Positions 24,701 through 38,519 of a stretch of DNA of 64,000 bases are shown here, piece by piece (the first letter of the stretch is position 1; every line of letters begins with the position of its first letter). Source of the DNA: the human T2T-CHM13v2.0 reference genome, Homo sapiens; assembly GCF_009914755.1 (NCBI RefSeq), contig NC_060938.1. One strand, 5' to 3'. The notes beneath the pieces were generated by a model. That model made no database searches, was not told where the DNA came from, and saw only the letters and a program-made list of their open reading frames with translations. The translations under genes were made by a program, and so were the position numbers.

Positions 24701-27700
24701 GGTCAGAGGAATAGAAAGGGATAGGGCTGAAGAACAGAGGTCGCTGCATTTAGAAAGGAGGCGGAGTCAGAGGAATAGAAAGGGATAGGGCTGAAGAACA
24801 GAGGTCGCTGCATTTAGAAAGGAGGAGGGGTCAGAGGAATAGAAAGGGATAGGACTGAAGAACAGAGGTCGCTGCATTTAGAAAGGAGGCGGGGTCAGAG
24901 GAATAGAAAGGGATAGGGCTGAAGAACAGAGGTCGCTGCATTTAGAAAGGAGGCGGGGTCAGAGGAATAGAAAGGGATAGGCCTGAAGAACAGAGGTCGC
25001 TCCATTTAGAAAGGAGGCGGGGTCAGAGGAATAGAAAGGGATAGGGCTGAAGAACACAGGTCGCAGCATTTAGAAAGGAGGCTGGGTGAGAGGAATAGAA
25101 AGGGATAGGCCTGAAGAACAGAGGTCGCTGCATTTAGAAAGGAGGCGGGGTCAGAGGAATAGAAAGGGACAGGGCTGAAGAACACAGGTCGCTGCATTTA
25201 GAAAGGAGGCGGGGTCAGAGGAATAGAAAGGGACAGGGCTGAAGAACACAGGTCGCTGCATTTAGAAAGGAGGCGGGGTCAGAGGAATAGAAAGGGACAG
25301 GGCTGAAGAACACAGGTCGCTGCATTTAGAAAGGAGGCGGGGTCAGAGGAATAGAAAGGGATAGGGCTGAAGAACACAGGTCGCTGCATTTAGAAAGGAG
25401 GCGGGGTCAGAGGAATAGAAAGGGATAGGGCTGAAGAACAGAGGTCGCTGCATTTAGAAAGGAGGCGGGGTCAGAGGAATAGAAAGGGATAGGGCTGAAG
25501 AACACAGGTCGCTGCATTTAGAAAGGAGGCGGGGTCAGAGGAATAGAAAGGGACAGGGCTGAAGAACACAGGTCGCTGCATTTAGAAAGGAGGCGGGGTC
25601 AGAGGAATAGAAAGGGATAGGGCTGAAGAACACAGGTCGCTGCATTTAGAAAGGAGGCGGGGTCAGAGGAATAGAAACGGATAGGGCTGAAGAACAGAGG
25701 TCGCTGCATTTAGAAAGGAGGCGGGGTCAGAGGAATAGAAAGGGATAGGGCTGAAGAACACAGGTCGCTGCATTTAGAAAGGAGGCGGGGTCAGAGGAAT
25801 AGAAACGGATAGGGCTGAAGAACAGAGGTCGCTGCATTTAGAAAGGAGGCGGGGTCAGAGGAATAGAAAGGGATAGGGCTGAAGAACACAGGTCGCTGCA
25901 TTTAGAAAGGAGGCGGGGTCAGAGGAATAGAAAGGGACAGGGCTGAAGAACACAGGTCGCTGCATTTAGAAAGGAGGCGGGGTCAGAGGAATAGAAAGGG
26001 ATAGGACTGAAGAACACAGGTCGCTGCATTTAGAAAGGAGGCGGGGTCAGAGGAATAGAAAGGGATAGGGGTGAAGAACAGAGGTCACTGCATTTAGAAA
26101 GGAGGCGGGGTTAGAGGAATAGAAAGGGACAGGGCTGAAGAACACAGGTCGCTGCATTTAGAAAGGAGGCGGGGTCAGAGGAATAGAAAGGAACAGGGCT
26201 GAAGAACACAGGTCGCTGCATTTAGAAAGGAGGCGGGGTCAGAGGAATAGAAAGGGATAAGGCTGAAGAACACAGGTCGCTGCATTTAGAAAGGAGGCTG
26301 GGTCAGAGGAATAGAAACGGATAGGGCTGAAGAACACAGGTCGCTGCATTTAGAAAGGAGGCGGGGTCAGAGGAATAGAAAGGGATAGGCCTGAAGAACA
26401 CAGGTCGCTGCATTTAGAAAGGAGGCGGGGTCAGAGGAATAGAAAGGGATAGGGGTGAAAAACAGAGGTCACTGCATTTAGAAAGGAGGCAGGGTTAGAG
26501 GAATAGAAAGGGACAGGGCTGAAGAACAGAGGTCGCTGCATTTAGAAAGGAGGCGGGGTCAGAGGAATAGAAAGGGAGAGGGCTGAAGAACACAGGTCGC
26601 TGCATTTAGAAAGGAGGCGGGGTCAGAGGAATAGAAAGGGACAGGGCTGAAGAACACAGGTCGCTGCATTTAGAAAGGAGGCGGGGTCAGAGGAATAGAA
26701 AGGGACAGGGCTGAAGAACACAGGTCGCTGCATTGAGAAAGGAGGCGGGGTCAGAGGAATAGAAAGGGACAGGGCTGAAGAACACAGGTCGCTGCATTTA
26801 GAAAGGAGGCAGGGTCAGAGGAATAGAAAGGGACCGGGCTGAAGAACAGAGGTCGCTGCATTTAGAAAGGAGGCGGGGTCAGAGGAATAGAAAGGGATAG
26901 GCCTGAAGAACAGAGGTCGCTGCATTTAGAAAGGAGGCGGGGTCAGAGGAATAGAAAGGGATAGGGATGAAGAACACAGGTCGCTGCATTTAGAAAGGAG
27001 GCGGGGTCAGAGGAATAGAAAGGGATAGGCCTGAAGAACAGAGGTCGCTGCATTTAGAAAGGAGGCGGGGTCAGAGGAATAGAAAGGGATAGGGATGAAG
27101 AACACAGGTCGCTGCATTTAGAAAGGAGGCGGGGTCAGAGGAATAGAAAGGGACAGGGCCTGAAGAACAGAGGTCGCTGCATTTAGAAAGGAGGCGGGGT
27201 CAGAGGAATAGAAAGGGATAGGACTGAAGAACAGAGGTCGCTGTATTTAGAAAGGAGGCGGGGTCAGAGGAATAGAAAGGGATAGGGCTGAAGAACACAG
27301 GTCGCTGCATTTAGAAAGGAGGCGGGGTCAGAGGAATAGAAAGGGATAGGGATGAAGAACACAGGTCGCTGCATTTAGAAAGGAGGCGGGGTCAGAGGAA
27401 TAGAAAGGGACAGGGCTGAACAACACAGGTCGCTGCATTTAGAAAGGAGGCGGGGTCAGAGGAATAGAAAGGGACAGGGCTGAAGAACACAGGTCGCTGC
27501 ATTTAGAAAGGAGGCGGGGTCAGAGGAATAGAAAGGGATAGGGCTGAAGAACACAGGTCGCTGCATTTAGAAAGGAGGCGGGGTCAGAGGAATAGAAAGG
27601 GACAGGGCTGAAGAACACAGGTCGCTGCATTTAGAAAGGAGGCGGGGTCAGAGGAATAGAAAGGGACAGGGCTGAAGAACACAGGTCGCTGCATTTAGAA

Positions 27701-30700
27701 AGGAGGCGGGGTCAGAGGAATAGAAAGGGACAGGGCTGAAGAACACAGGTCGCTGCATTTAGAAAGGAGGCGGGGTCAGAGGAATAGAAAGGGACAGGGC
27801 TGAAGAACACAGGTCGCTGCATTTAGAAAGGAGGCGGGGTCAGAGGAATAGAAAGGGATAGGACTGAAGAACACAGGTCGCTGCATTTAGAAAGGAGGCG
27901 GGGTCAGAGGAATAGAAAGGGATAGGGCTGAAGAACACAGGTCGCTGCATTTAGAAAGGAGGCGGGGTCAGAGGAATAGAAAGGGATAGGCCTGAAGAAC
28001 ACAGGTCGCTGCATTTAGAAAGGAGGCGGGGTCAGAGGAATAGAAAGTGATAGGGCTGAAGAACAGAGGTCGCTGCATTTAGAAAGGAGGCGGGGTCAGA
28101 GGAATAGAAAGGGACAGGGCTGAAGAACACAGGTCGCTGCATTTAGAAAGGAGGCGGGGTCAGAGGAATAGAAAGGGATAGGGCTGAAGAACACAGGTCG
28201 CTGCATTTAGAAAGGAGGCGGGGTCAGAGGAATAGAAAGGGACAGGGCTGAAGAACAGAGGTCGCTGCATTTAGAAAGGAGGCGGGGTCAGAGGAATAGA
28301 AAGGGACAGGGCTGAAGAACACAGGTCGCTGCATTTAGAAAGGAGGCGGGGTCAGAGGAATAGAAAGGGATAGGGCTGAAGAACACAGGTCGCTGCATTT
28401 AGAAAGGAGGCGGGGTCAGAGGAATAGAAAGGGATAGGGCTGAAGAACAGAGGTCGCTGCATTTAGAAAGGAGGCGGGGTCAGAGGAATAGAAAGGGATA
28501 GGGCTGAAGAACACAGGTCGCTGCATTTAGAAAGGAGGCGGGGTCAGAGGAATAGAAAGGGACAGGGCTGAAGAACAGAGGTCGCTGCATTTAGAAAGGA
28601 GGCGGGGTCAGAGGAATAGAAAGGGATAGGGCTGAAGAACAGAGGTCGCTGCATTTAGAAAGGAGGCGGGGTCAGAGGAATAGAAAGGGATAGGGCTGAA
28701 GAACAGAGGTCGCTGCATTTAGAAAGGAGGCGGGGTCAGAGGAATAGAAAGGGACAGGGCTGAAGAACACAGGTCGCTGCATTTAGAAAGGAGGCGGGGT
28801 CAGAGGAATAGAAAGGGATAGGGCTGAAGAACAGAGGTCGCTGCATTTAGAAAGGAGGCGGGGTCAGAGGAATAGAAAGGGATAGGGCTGAAGAACAGAG
28901 GTCGCTGCATTTAGAAAGGAGGCGGGGTCAGAGGAATAGAAAGGGACAGGGCTGAAGAACACAGGTCGCTGCATTTAGAAAGGAGGCGGGGTCAGAGGAA
29001 TAGAAAGGGATAGGCCTGAAGAACACAGGTCGCTGCATTTAGAAAGGAGGCGGGGTCAGAGGAATAGAAAGGGATAGGGGTGAAGAACAGAGGTCACTGC
29101 ATTTAGAAAGGAGGCGGGGTCAGAGGAATAGAAAGGGATAGGCCTGAAGAACACAGGTCGCTGCATTTAGAAAGGAGGCGGGGTCAGAGGAATAGAAAGG
29201 GATAGGGCTGAAGAACACAGGTCGCTGCATTTAGAAAGGAGGCGGGGTCAGAGGAATAGAAAGGGACAGGGCTGAAGAACACAGGTCGCTGCATTTAGAA
29301 AGGAGGCGGGGTCAGTAGAATAGAAAGGGACAGGACAGAAGAACACAGGTCGCTGCATTTAGAAAGGAGGCGGGGTCAGAGGAATAGAAAGGGACAGGGC
29401 TGAAGAACAGAGGTCGCTGCATTTAGAAATGAGGCGGGGTCAGAGGAATAGAAAGGGACAGGGCTGAAGAACACAGGTCGCTGCATTTAGAAAGGAGGCG
29501 GGGTCAGAGGAATAGAAAGGGACAGGGCTGAAGAACAGAGGTCGCTGCATTTAGAAATGAGGCGGGGTCAGAGGAATAGAAAGGGACAGGACTGAAGAAC
29601 ACAGGTCGCTTCATTTAGAAAGGAGGCGGGGTCAGAGGAATAGAAACGGACAGGGCTGAAGAACACAGGTCGCTGCATTTAGAAAAGAGGCGGGGTCAGA
29701 GGAATAGAAAGGGACAGGGCTGAAGAACAGAGGTCGCTGCATTTAGAAATGAGGCGGGGTCAGAGGAATAGAAAGGGACAGGGCTGAAGAACACAGGTCG
29801 CTGCATTTAGAAAGGAGGCGGGGTCAGAGGAATAGAAAGGGACAGGGCTGAAGAACACAGGTCACTGCATTTAGAAAGGAGGCGGGGTCAGAGGAATAGA
29901 AAGGGACAGGGCTGAAGAACACAGGTCGCTGCATTTAGAAAGGAGGCGGGGTCAGAGGAATAGAAAGGGACAGGGCTGAAGAACACAGGTCGCTGCATTT
30001 AGAAAGGAGGCGGGGTCAGAGGAATAGAAAGGGACAGGGCTGAAGAACACAGGTCGCTGCATTTAGAAAGGAGGCGGGGTCAGAGGAATAGAAAGGGATA
30101 GGACTGAAGAACACAGGTCGCTGCATTTAGAAAGGAGGCGGGGTCAGAGGAATAGAAAGGGATAGGCCTGAAGAACACAGGTCGCTGCATTTAGAAAGGA
30201 GGCGGGGTCAGAGGAATAGAAAGGGATAGGGCTGAAGAACAGAGGTCGCTGCATTTAGAAAGGAGGCGGGGTCAGAGGAATAGAAAGGGATAGGGATGAA
30301 GAACAGAGGTCGCTGCATTTAGAAAGGAGGCGGGGTCAGAGGAATAGAAAGGGATAGGCCTGAAGAACAGAGGTCGCTGCATTTAGAAAGGAGGCGGGGT
30401 CAGAGGAATAGAAAGGGACAGGGCTGAAGAACACAGGTCGCTGCATTTAGAAAGGAGGCGGGGTCAGAGGAATAGAAAGGGACAGGGCTGAAGAACACAG
30501 GTCGCTGCATTTAGAAAGGAGGCGGGGTCAGAGGAATAGAAAGGGATAGGGCTGAAGAACACAGGTCGCTGCATTTAGAAAGGAGGCGGGGTCAGAGGAA
30601 TAGAAAGGGACAGGGCTGAAGAACAGAGGTCGCTGCATTTAGAAAGGAGGCGGGGTCAGAGGAATAGAAAGGGATAGGGCTGAAGAACACAGGTCGCTGC

Positions 30701-33700
30701 ATTTAGAAAGGAGGCGGGGTCAGAGGAATAGAAAGGGATAGGGCTGAAGAACACAGGTCGCTGCATTTAGAAAGGAGGCGGGGTCAGAGGAATAGAAAGG
30801 GATAGGCCTGAAGAACACAGGTCGCTGCATTTAGAAAGGAGGCGGGGTCAGAGGAATAGAAAGGGATAGGGCTGAAGAACAGAGGTCGCTGCATTTAGAA
30901 AGGAGGCGGGGTCAGAGGAATAGAAAGGGATAGGGCTGAAGAACACAGGTCGCTGCATTTAGAAAGGAGGCGGGGTCAGAGGAATAGAAAGGGATAGGCC
31001 TGAAGAACACAGGTCGCTGCATTTAGAAAGGAGGGGGGTCAGAGGAATAGAAAGGGACAGGGCTGAAGAACAGAGGTCGCTGCATTTAGAAAGGAGGCGG
31101 GGTCAGAGGAATAGAAAGGGACGGGGCTGAAGAACACAGGTCGCTGCATTTAGAAAGGAGGCGGGGTCAGAGGAATAGAAAGGGATAGGGCTGAAGAACA
31201 GAGGTCGCTGCATTTAGAAAGGAGGCGGGGTCAGAGGAATAGAAAGGGATAGGCCTGAAGAACAGAGGTCGCTGCATTTAGAAAGGAGGCGGCGTTAGAG
31301 GAATAGAAAGGGACAGGGCTGAAGAACACAGGTCGCTGCATTTAGAAAGGAGGCGGGGTCAGAGGAATAGAAAGGGATAGGGCTGAAGAACAGAGGTCGC
31401 TGCATTTAGAAAGGAGGCGGGGTCAGAGGAATAGAAAGGGATAGGGCTGAAGAACACATGTCGCTGCATTTAGAAAGGAGGCGGGGTCAGAGGAATAGAA
31501 AGGGATAGGACTGAAGAACACAGGTCGCTGCATTTAGAAAGGAGGCGGGGTCAGAGGAATAGAAAGGGACAGGGCTGAAGAACAGAGGTCGCTGCATTTA
31601 GAAAGGAGGCGGGGTCAGAGGAATAGAAAGGGACAGGGCTGAAGAACACAGGTCGCTGCATTTAGAAAGGAGTCGGGGTCAGAGGAATAGAAAGGGATAG
31701 GGCTGAAGAACACAGGTCGCTGCATTTAGAAAGGAGGCGGGGTCAGAGGAATAGAAAGGGATAGGACTGAAGAACACAGGTCGCTGCATTTAGAAAGGAG
31801 GCGGGGTCAGAGGAATAGAAAGGGACAGGGCTGAAGAACAGAGGTCGCTGCATTTAGAAAGGAGGCGGGGTCAGAGGAATAGAAAGGGACAGGGCTGAAG
31901 AACACAGGTCGCTGCATTTAGAAAGGAGTCGGGGTCAGAGGAATAGAAAGGGATAGGGCTGAAGAACACAGGTCGCTGCATTTAGAAAGGAGGCGGGGTC
32001 AGAGGAATAGAAAGGGACAGGGCTGAAGAACACAGGTCGCTGCATTTAGAAAGGAGGCGGGGTCAGAGGAATAGAAAGGGACAGGGCTGAAGAACAGAGG
32101 TCGCTGCATTTAGAAAGGAGGCGGGGTCAGAGGAATAGAAAGGGACAGGACAGAAGAACACAGGTCGCTGCATTTAGAAAGGAGGCGGGGTCAGAGGAAT
32201 AGAAAGGGATAGGGCTGAAGAACAGAGGTCGCTGCATTTAGAAAGGAGGCGGGGTCAGAGGAATAGAAAGGGATAGGGCTGAAGAACACAGGTCGCTGCA
32301 TTTAGAAAGGAGGCGGGGTCAGAGGAATAGAAAGGGATAGGACTGAAGAACAGAGGTCGCTGCATTTAGAAAGGAGGCGGGGTCAGAGGAATAGAAAGGG
32401 ATAGGGCTGAAGAACAGAGGTCGCTGCATTTAGAAAGGAGGCGGGGTCAGAGGAATAGAAAGGGATAGGCCTGAAGAACAGAGGTCGCTCCATTTAGAAA
32501 GGAGGCGGGGTCAGAGGAATAGAAAGGGATAGGGCTGAAGAACACAGGTCGCAGCATTTAGAAAGGAGGCTGGGTCAGAGGAATAGAAAGGGATAGGCCT
32601 GAAGAACAGAGGTCGCTGCATTTAGAAAGGATGCGGGGTCAGAGGAATAGAAAGGGACAGGGCTGAAGAACAGAGGTCGCTGCATTTAGAAAGGAGGCGG
32701 GGTCAGAGGAATAGAAAGGGACAGGGCTGAAGAACACAGGTCGCTGCATTTAGAAAGGAGGCGGGGTCAGAGGAATAGAAAGGGACAGGGCTGAAGAACA
32801 CAGGTCGCTGCATTTAGAAAGGAGGCGGGGTCAGAGGAATAGAAAGGGATAGGGCTGAAGAACACAGGTCGCTGCATTTAGAAAGGAGGCGGGGTCAGAG
32901 GAATAGAAAGGGACAGGGCTGAAGAACAGAGGTCGCTGCATTTAGAAAGGAGGCGGGGTCAGAGGAATAGAAAGGGATAGGGCTGAAGAACACAGGTCGC
33001 TGCATTTAGAAAGGAGGCGGGGTCAGAGGAATAGAAAGGGATAGGGCTGAAGAACACAGGTCGCTGCATTTAGAAAGGAGGCGGGGTCAGAGGAATAGAA
33101 AGGGACAGGGCTGAAGAACACAGGTCGCTGCATTTAGAAAGGAGGCGGGGTCAGAGGAATAGAAAGGGATGGGGCTGAAGAACACAGGTCGCTGCATTTA
33201 GAAAGGAGGCGGGGTCAGAGGAATAGAAAGGGACGGGGCTGAAGAACAGAGGTCGCTGCATTTAGAAAGGAGGCGGGGTCAGAGGAATAGAAAGGGATAG
33301 GACTGAAGAACACAGGTCGCTGCATTTAGAAAGGAGGCGGGGTCAGAGGAATAGAAAGGGACAGGGCTGAAGAACAGAGGTCGCTGCATTTAGAAAGGAG
33401 GCGGGGTCAGAGGAATAGAAAGGGACAGGGCTGAAGAACACAGGTCGCTGCATTTAGAAAGGAGGCGGGGTAAGAGGAATAGAAAGGGACAGGGCTGAAG
33501 AACACAGGTCGCTGCATTTAGAAAGGAGGCGGGGTCAGAGGAATAGAAAGGGACAGGGCTGAAGAACAGAGGTCGCTGCATTTAGAAAGGAGGCGGGGTC
33601 AGAGGAATAGAAAGGGACAGGGCTGAAGAACACAGGTCGCTGCATTTACAAAGGAGGCGGGGTCAGAGGAATAGAAAGGGACAGGGCTGAAGAACAGAGG

Positions 33701-36700
33701 TCGCTGCATTTAGAAAGGAGGCGGGGTCAGAGGAATAGAAAGGGATACGGCTGAAGAACACAGGTCGCTGCATTTAGAAAGGAGGCGGGGTCAGAGGAAT
33801 AGAAAGGGATAGGGCTGAAGAACAGAGGTCGCTTCATTTAGAAACGAGGCGGGGTCAGAGGAATAGAAAGGGATAGGACTGAAGAACACAGGTCGCTGCA
33901 TTTAGAAAGGAGGCGGGGTCAGAGGAATAGAAAGGGATAGGCCTGAAGAACACAGGTCGCTGCATTTAGAAAGGAGGCGTGGTCAGAGGAATAGAAAGGG
34001 ACAGGGCTGAAGAACAGAGGTCGCTGCATTTAGAAAGGAGGCGGGGTCAGAGGAATAGAAAGGGACAGGACAGAAGAACACAGGTCGCTGCATTTAGAAA
34101 GGAGGCGGGGTCAGAGGAATAGAAAGGGATAGGGCTGAAGAACACAGGTCGCTGCATTTAGAAAGGAGGCGGGGTCAGAGGAATAGAAAGGGACAGGACA
34201 GAAGAACACAGGTCGCTGCATTTAGAAAGGAGGCGGGGTCAGAGGAATAGAAAGGGACAGGGCTGAAGAACACAGGTCGCTGCATTTAGAAAGGAGGCGG
34301 GGTCAGAGGAATAGAAAGGGACAGGACAGAAGAACACAGGTCGCTGCATTTAGAAAGGAGGCGGGGTCAGAGGAATAGAAAGGGATAGGGCTGAAGAACA
34401 GAGGTCGCTGCATTTAGAAAGGAGGCGGGGTCAGAGGAATAGAAAGGGATAGGGCTGAAGAACACAGGTCGCTGCATTTAGAAAGGAGGCGGGGTCAGAG
34501 GAATAGAAAGGGACAGGGCTGAAGAACACAGGTCGCTGCATTTAGAAAGGAGGCGGGGTCAGAGGAATAATAAGGGATAGGGGTGAAGAACAGAGGTCAC
34601 TGCATTTAGAAAGGAGGCGGGGTTAGAGGAATAGAAAGGGACAGGGCTGAAGAACACAGGTCGCTGCATTTAGAAAGGAGGCGGGGTCAGAGGAATAGAA
34701 AGGGACAGGGCTGAAGAACACAGGTCGCTGCATTTAGAAAGGAGGCGGGGTCAGAGGAATAGAAAGGGACAGGGCTGAAGAACACAGGTCGCTGCATTTA
34801 GAAAGGAGGCGGGGTCAGAGGAATAGAAAGGGACAGGGCTGAAGAACACAGGTCGCTGCATTTAGAAAGGAGGCGGGGTCAGAGGAATAGAGAGGGACAG
34901 GGCTGAAGAACACAGGTCGCTGCATTTAGAAAGGAGGCGGGGTCAGAGGAATAGAAAGGGACAGGGCTGAAGAACAGAGGTCGCTGCATTTAGAAAGGAG
35001 GCGGGGTCAGAGGAATAGAAGGGATAGGCCTGAAGAACAGAGGTCGCTGCATTTAGAAAGGAGGCGGGGTCAGAGGAATAGAAAGGGATAGGGATGAAGA
35101 ACACAGGTCGCTGCATTTAGAAAGGAGGCGGGGTCAGAGGAATAGAAAGGGATAGGCCTGAAGAACAGAGGTCGCTGCATTTAGAAAGGAGGCGGGGTCA
35201 GAGGAATAGAAAGGGATAGGGATGAAGAACAGAGGTCGCTGCATTTAGAAAGGAGGCGGGGTCAGAGGAATAGAAAGGGATAGGCCTGAAGAACAGAGGT
35301 CGCTGCATTTAGAAAGGAGGCGGGGTCAGAGGAATAGAAAGGGACAGGGCTGAAGAACACAGGTCGCTGCATTTAGAAAGGAGGCGGGGTCAGAGGAATA
35401 GAAAGGGATAGGGCTGAAGAACACAGGTCGCTGCATTTAGAAAGGAGGCGGGGTCAGAGGAATAGAAAGGGATAGGGCTGAAGAACACAGGTCGCTGCAT
35501 TTAGAAAGGAGGCGGGGTCAGAGGAATAGAAAGGGATAGGGCTGAAGAACACAGGTCGCTGCATTTATAAAGGAGGCGGGGTTAGAGGAATAGAAAGGGA
35601 CAGGGCTGAAGAACACAGGTCGCTGCATTTAGAAAGGAGGCGGGGTCAGAGGAATAGAAAGGGACAGGGCTGAAGAACACAGGTCGCTGCATTTAGAAAG
35701 GAGGCGGGGTCAGAGGAATAGAAAGGGACAGGGCTGAAGAACACAGGTCGCTGCATTTAGAAAGGAGGCGGGGTCAGAGGAATAGAAAGGGACAGGACTG
35801 AAGAACACAGGTCGCTGCATTTAGAAAGGAGGCGGGGTCAGAGGAATAGAAAGGGACAGGGCTGAAGAACACAGGTCGCTGCATTTAGAAAGGAGGCGGG
35901 GTCAGAGGAATAGAAAGGGACAGGGCTGAAGAACACAGGTCGCTGCATTTAGAAAGGAGGCGGGGTCAGAGGAATAGAAAGGGACAGGGCTGAAGAACAC
36001 AGGTCACTGCATTTAGAAAGGAGGCGGGGTCAGAGGAATAGAAAGGGACAGGGCTGAAGAACACAGGTCGCTGCATTTAGAAAGGAGGCGGGGTCAGAGG
36101 AATAGAAAGGGACAGGGCTGAAGAACACAGGTCGCTGCATTTAGAAAGGAGGCGGGGTCAGAGGAATAGAAAGGGATAGGACTGAAGAACACAGGTCGCT
36201 GCATTTAGAAAGGAGGCGGGGTCAGAGGAATAGAAAGGGATAGGCCTGAAGAAAACAGGTCGCTGCATTTAGAAAGGAGGCGGGGTCAGAGGAATAGAAA
36301 GGGACAGGGCTGAAGAACAGAGGTCGCTGCATTTAGAAAGGAGGCGGGGTCAGAGGAATAGAAAGGGACAGGACAGAAGAACACAGGTCGCTGCATTTAG
36401 AAAGGAGGCGGGGTCAGAGGAATAGAAAGGGACAGGACAGAAGAACACAGGTCGCTGCATTTAGAAAGGAGGCGGGGTCAGAGGAATAGAAAGGGATAGG
36501 GCTGAAGAACAGAGGTCGCTGCATTTAGAAAGGAGGCGGGGTCAGAGGAATAGAAAGGGACAGGACAGAAGAACACAGGTCGCTGCATTTAGAAAGGAGG
36601 CGGGGTCAGAGGAATAGAAAGGGATAGGGCTGAAGAACAGAGGTCGTTGCATTTAGAAAGGAGGCGGGGTCAGAAGAATAGAAAGGGATAGGGCTGAAGA

Positions 36701-38519
36701 ACACAGGTCGCTGCATTTAGAAAGGAGGCGGGGTCAGAGGAATAGAAAGGGACAGGACAGAAGAACACAGGTCGCTGCATTTAGAAAGGAGGCGGGGTCA
36801 GAGGAATAGAAAGGGATAGGGCTGAAGAACAGAGGTCGCTGCATTTAGAAAGGAGGCGGGGTCAGAGGAATAGAAAGGGATAGGGCTGAAGAACACAGGT
36901 CGCTGCATTTAGAAAGGAGGCGGGGTCAGAGGAATAGAAAGGGACAGGGCTGAAGAACACAGGTCGCTGCATTTAGAAAGGAGGCGGGGTCAGAGGAATA
37001 GAAAGGGATAGGGCTGAAGAACACAGGTCGCTGCATTTAGAAAGGAGGCGGGGTCAGAGGAATAGAAACGGATAGGGCTGAAGAACAGAGGTCGCTGCAT
37101 TTAGAAAGGAGGCGGGGTCAGAGGAATAGAAAGGGATAGGGCTGAAGAACACAGGTCGCTGCATTTAGAAAGGAGGCGGGGTCAGAGGAATAGAAACGGA
37201 TAGGGCTGAAGAACAGAGGTCGCTGCATTTAGAAAGGAGGCGGGGTCAGAGGAATAGAAAGGGATAGGGCTGAAGAACACAGGTCGCTGCATTTAGAAAG
37301 GAGGCGGGGTCAGAGGAATAGAAACGGATAGGGCTGAAGAACAGAGGTCGCTGCATTTAGAAAGGAGGCGGGGTCAGAGGAATAGAAAGGGATAGGGCTG
37401 AATAACACAGGTCGCTGCATTTAGAAAGGAGGCGGGGTCAGAGGAATAGAAAGGGACAGGGCTGAAGAACACAGGTCGCTGCATTTAGAAAGGAGGCGGG
37501 GTCAGAGGAATAGAAAGGGACAGGACTGAAGAACACAGCTCGCTGCATTTAGAAAGGAGGCGGGGTCAGAGGAATAGAAAGGGACAGGGCTGAAGAACAC
37601 AGGTCGCTGCATTTAGAAAGGAGGCGAGGTCAGAGGAATAGAAAGGGATAGGGATGAAGAACACAGGTCGCTGCATTTAGAAAGGAGGCGGGGTCAGAGG
37701 AATAGAAAGGGACAGGGCTGAAGAACACAGGTCGCTGCATTTAGAAAGGAGGCTGGGTCAGAGGAATAGAAAGGGATAGGGATGAAGAACACAGGTCGCT
37801 GCATTTAGAAAGGAGGCGGGGTCAGAGGAATAGAAAGGGATAGGGCTGAAGAACAGAGGTCGCTGCATTTAGAAAGGAGGCGGGGTCAGAGGAATAGAAA
37901 GGGACAGGGCTGAAGAACACAGGTCGCTGCATTTAGAAAGGAGGCGGGGTCAGAGGAATAGAAAGGGACAGGGCTGAAGAACACAGGTCGCTGCATTTAG
38001 AAAGGAGGCGGGGTCAGAGGAATAGAAAGGGATAGGGCTGAAGAACACAGGTCGCTGCATTTAGAAAGGAGGCGGGGTCAGAGGAATAGAAACGGACAGG
38101 GCTGAAGAACAGAGGTCGCTGCATTTAGAAAGGAGGCGGGGTCAGAGGAATAGAAAGGGATAGGGCTGAAGAACACAGGTCGCTGCATTTAGAAAGGAGG
38201 CGGGGTCAGAGGAATAGAAAGGGATAGGGCTGAAGAACACAGGTCGCTGCATTTAGAAAGGAGGCGGGGTCAGAGGAATAGAAACGGATAGGGCTGAAGA
38301 ACAGAGGTCGCTGCATTTAGAAAGGAGGCGGGGTCAGAGGAATAGAAAGGGATAGGGCTGAATAACACAGGTCGCTGCATTTAGAAAGGAGGCGGGGTCA
38401 GAGGAATAGAAAGGGACAGGGCTGAAGAACACAGGTCGCTGCATTTAGAAAGGAGGCGGGGTCAGAGGAATAGAAAGGGACAGGACTGAAGAACACAGGT
38501 CGCTGCATGTAGAAAGGAG

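Noticed and set aside
25006-25197. 63-aa minus-strand ORF
   Set aside because: Same artefact: C4>G at 25088 removes the stop.
33390-33581. 63-aa minus-strand ORF
   Set aside because: Same artefact: C4>A at 33472 removes the stop.
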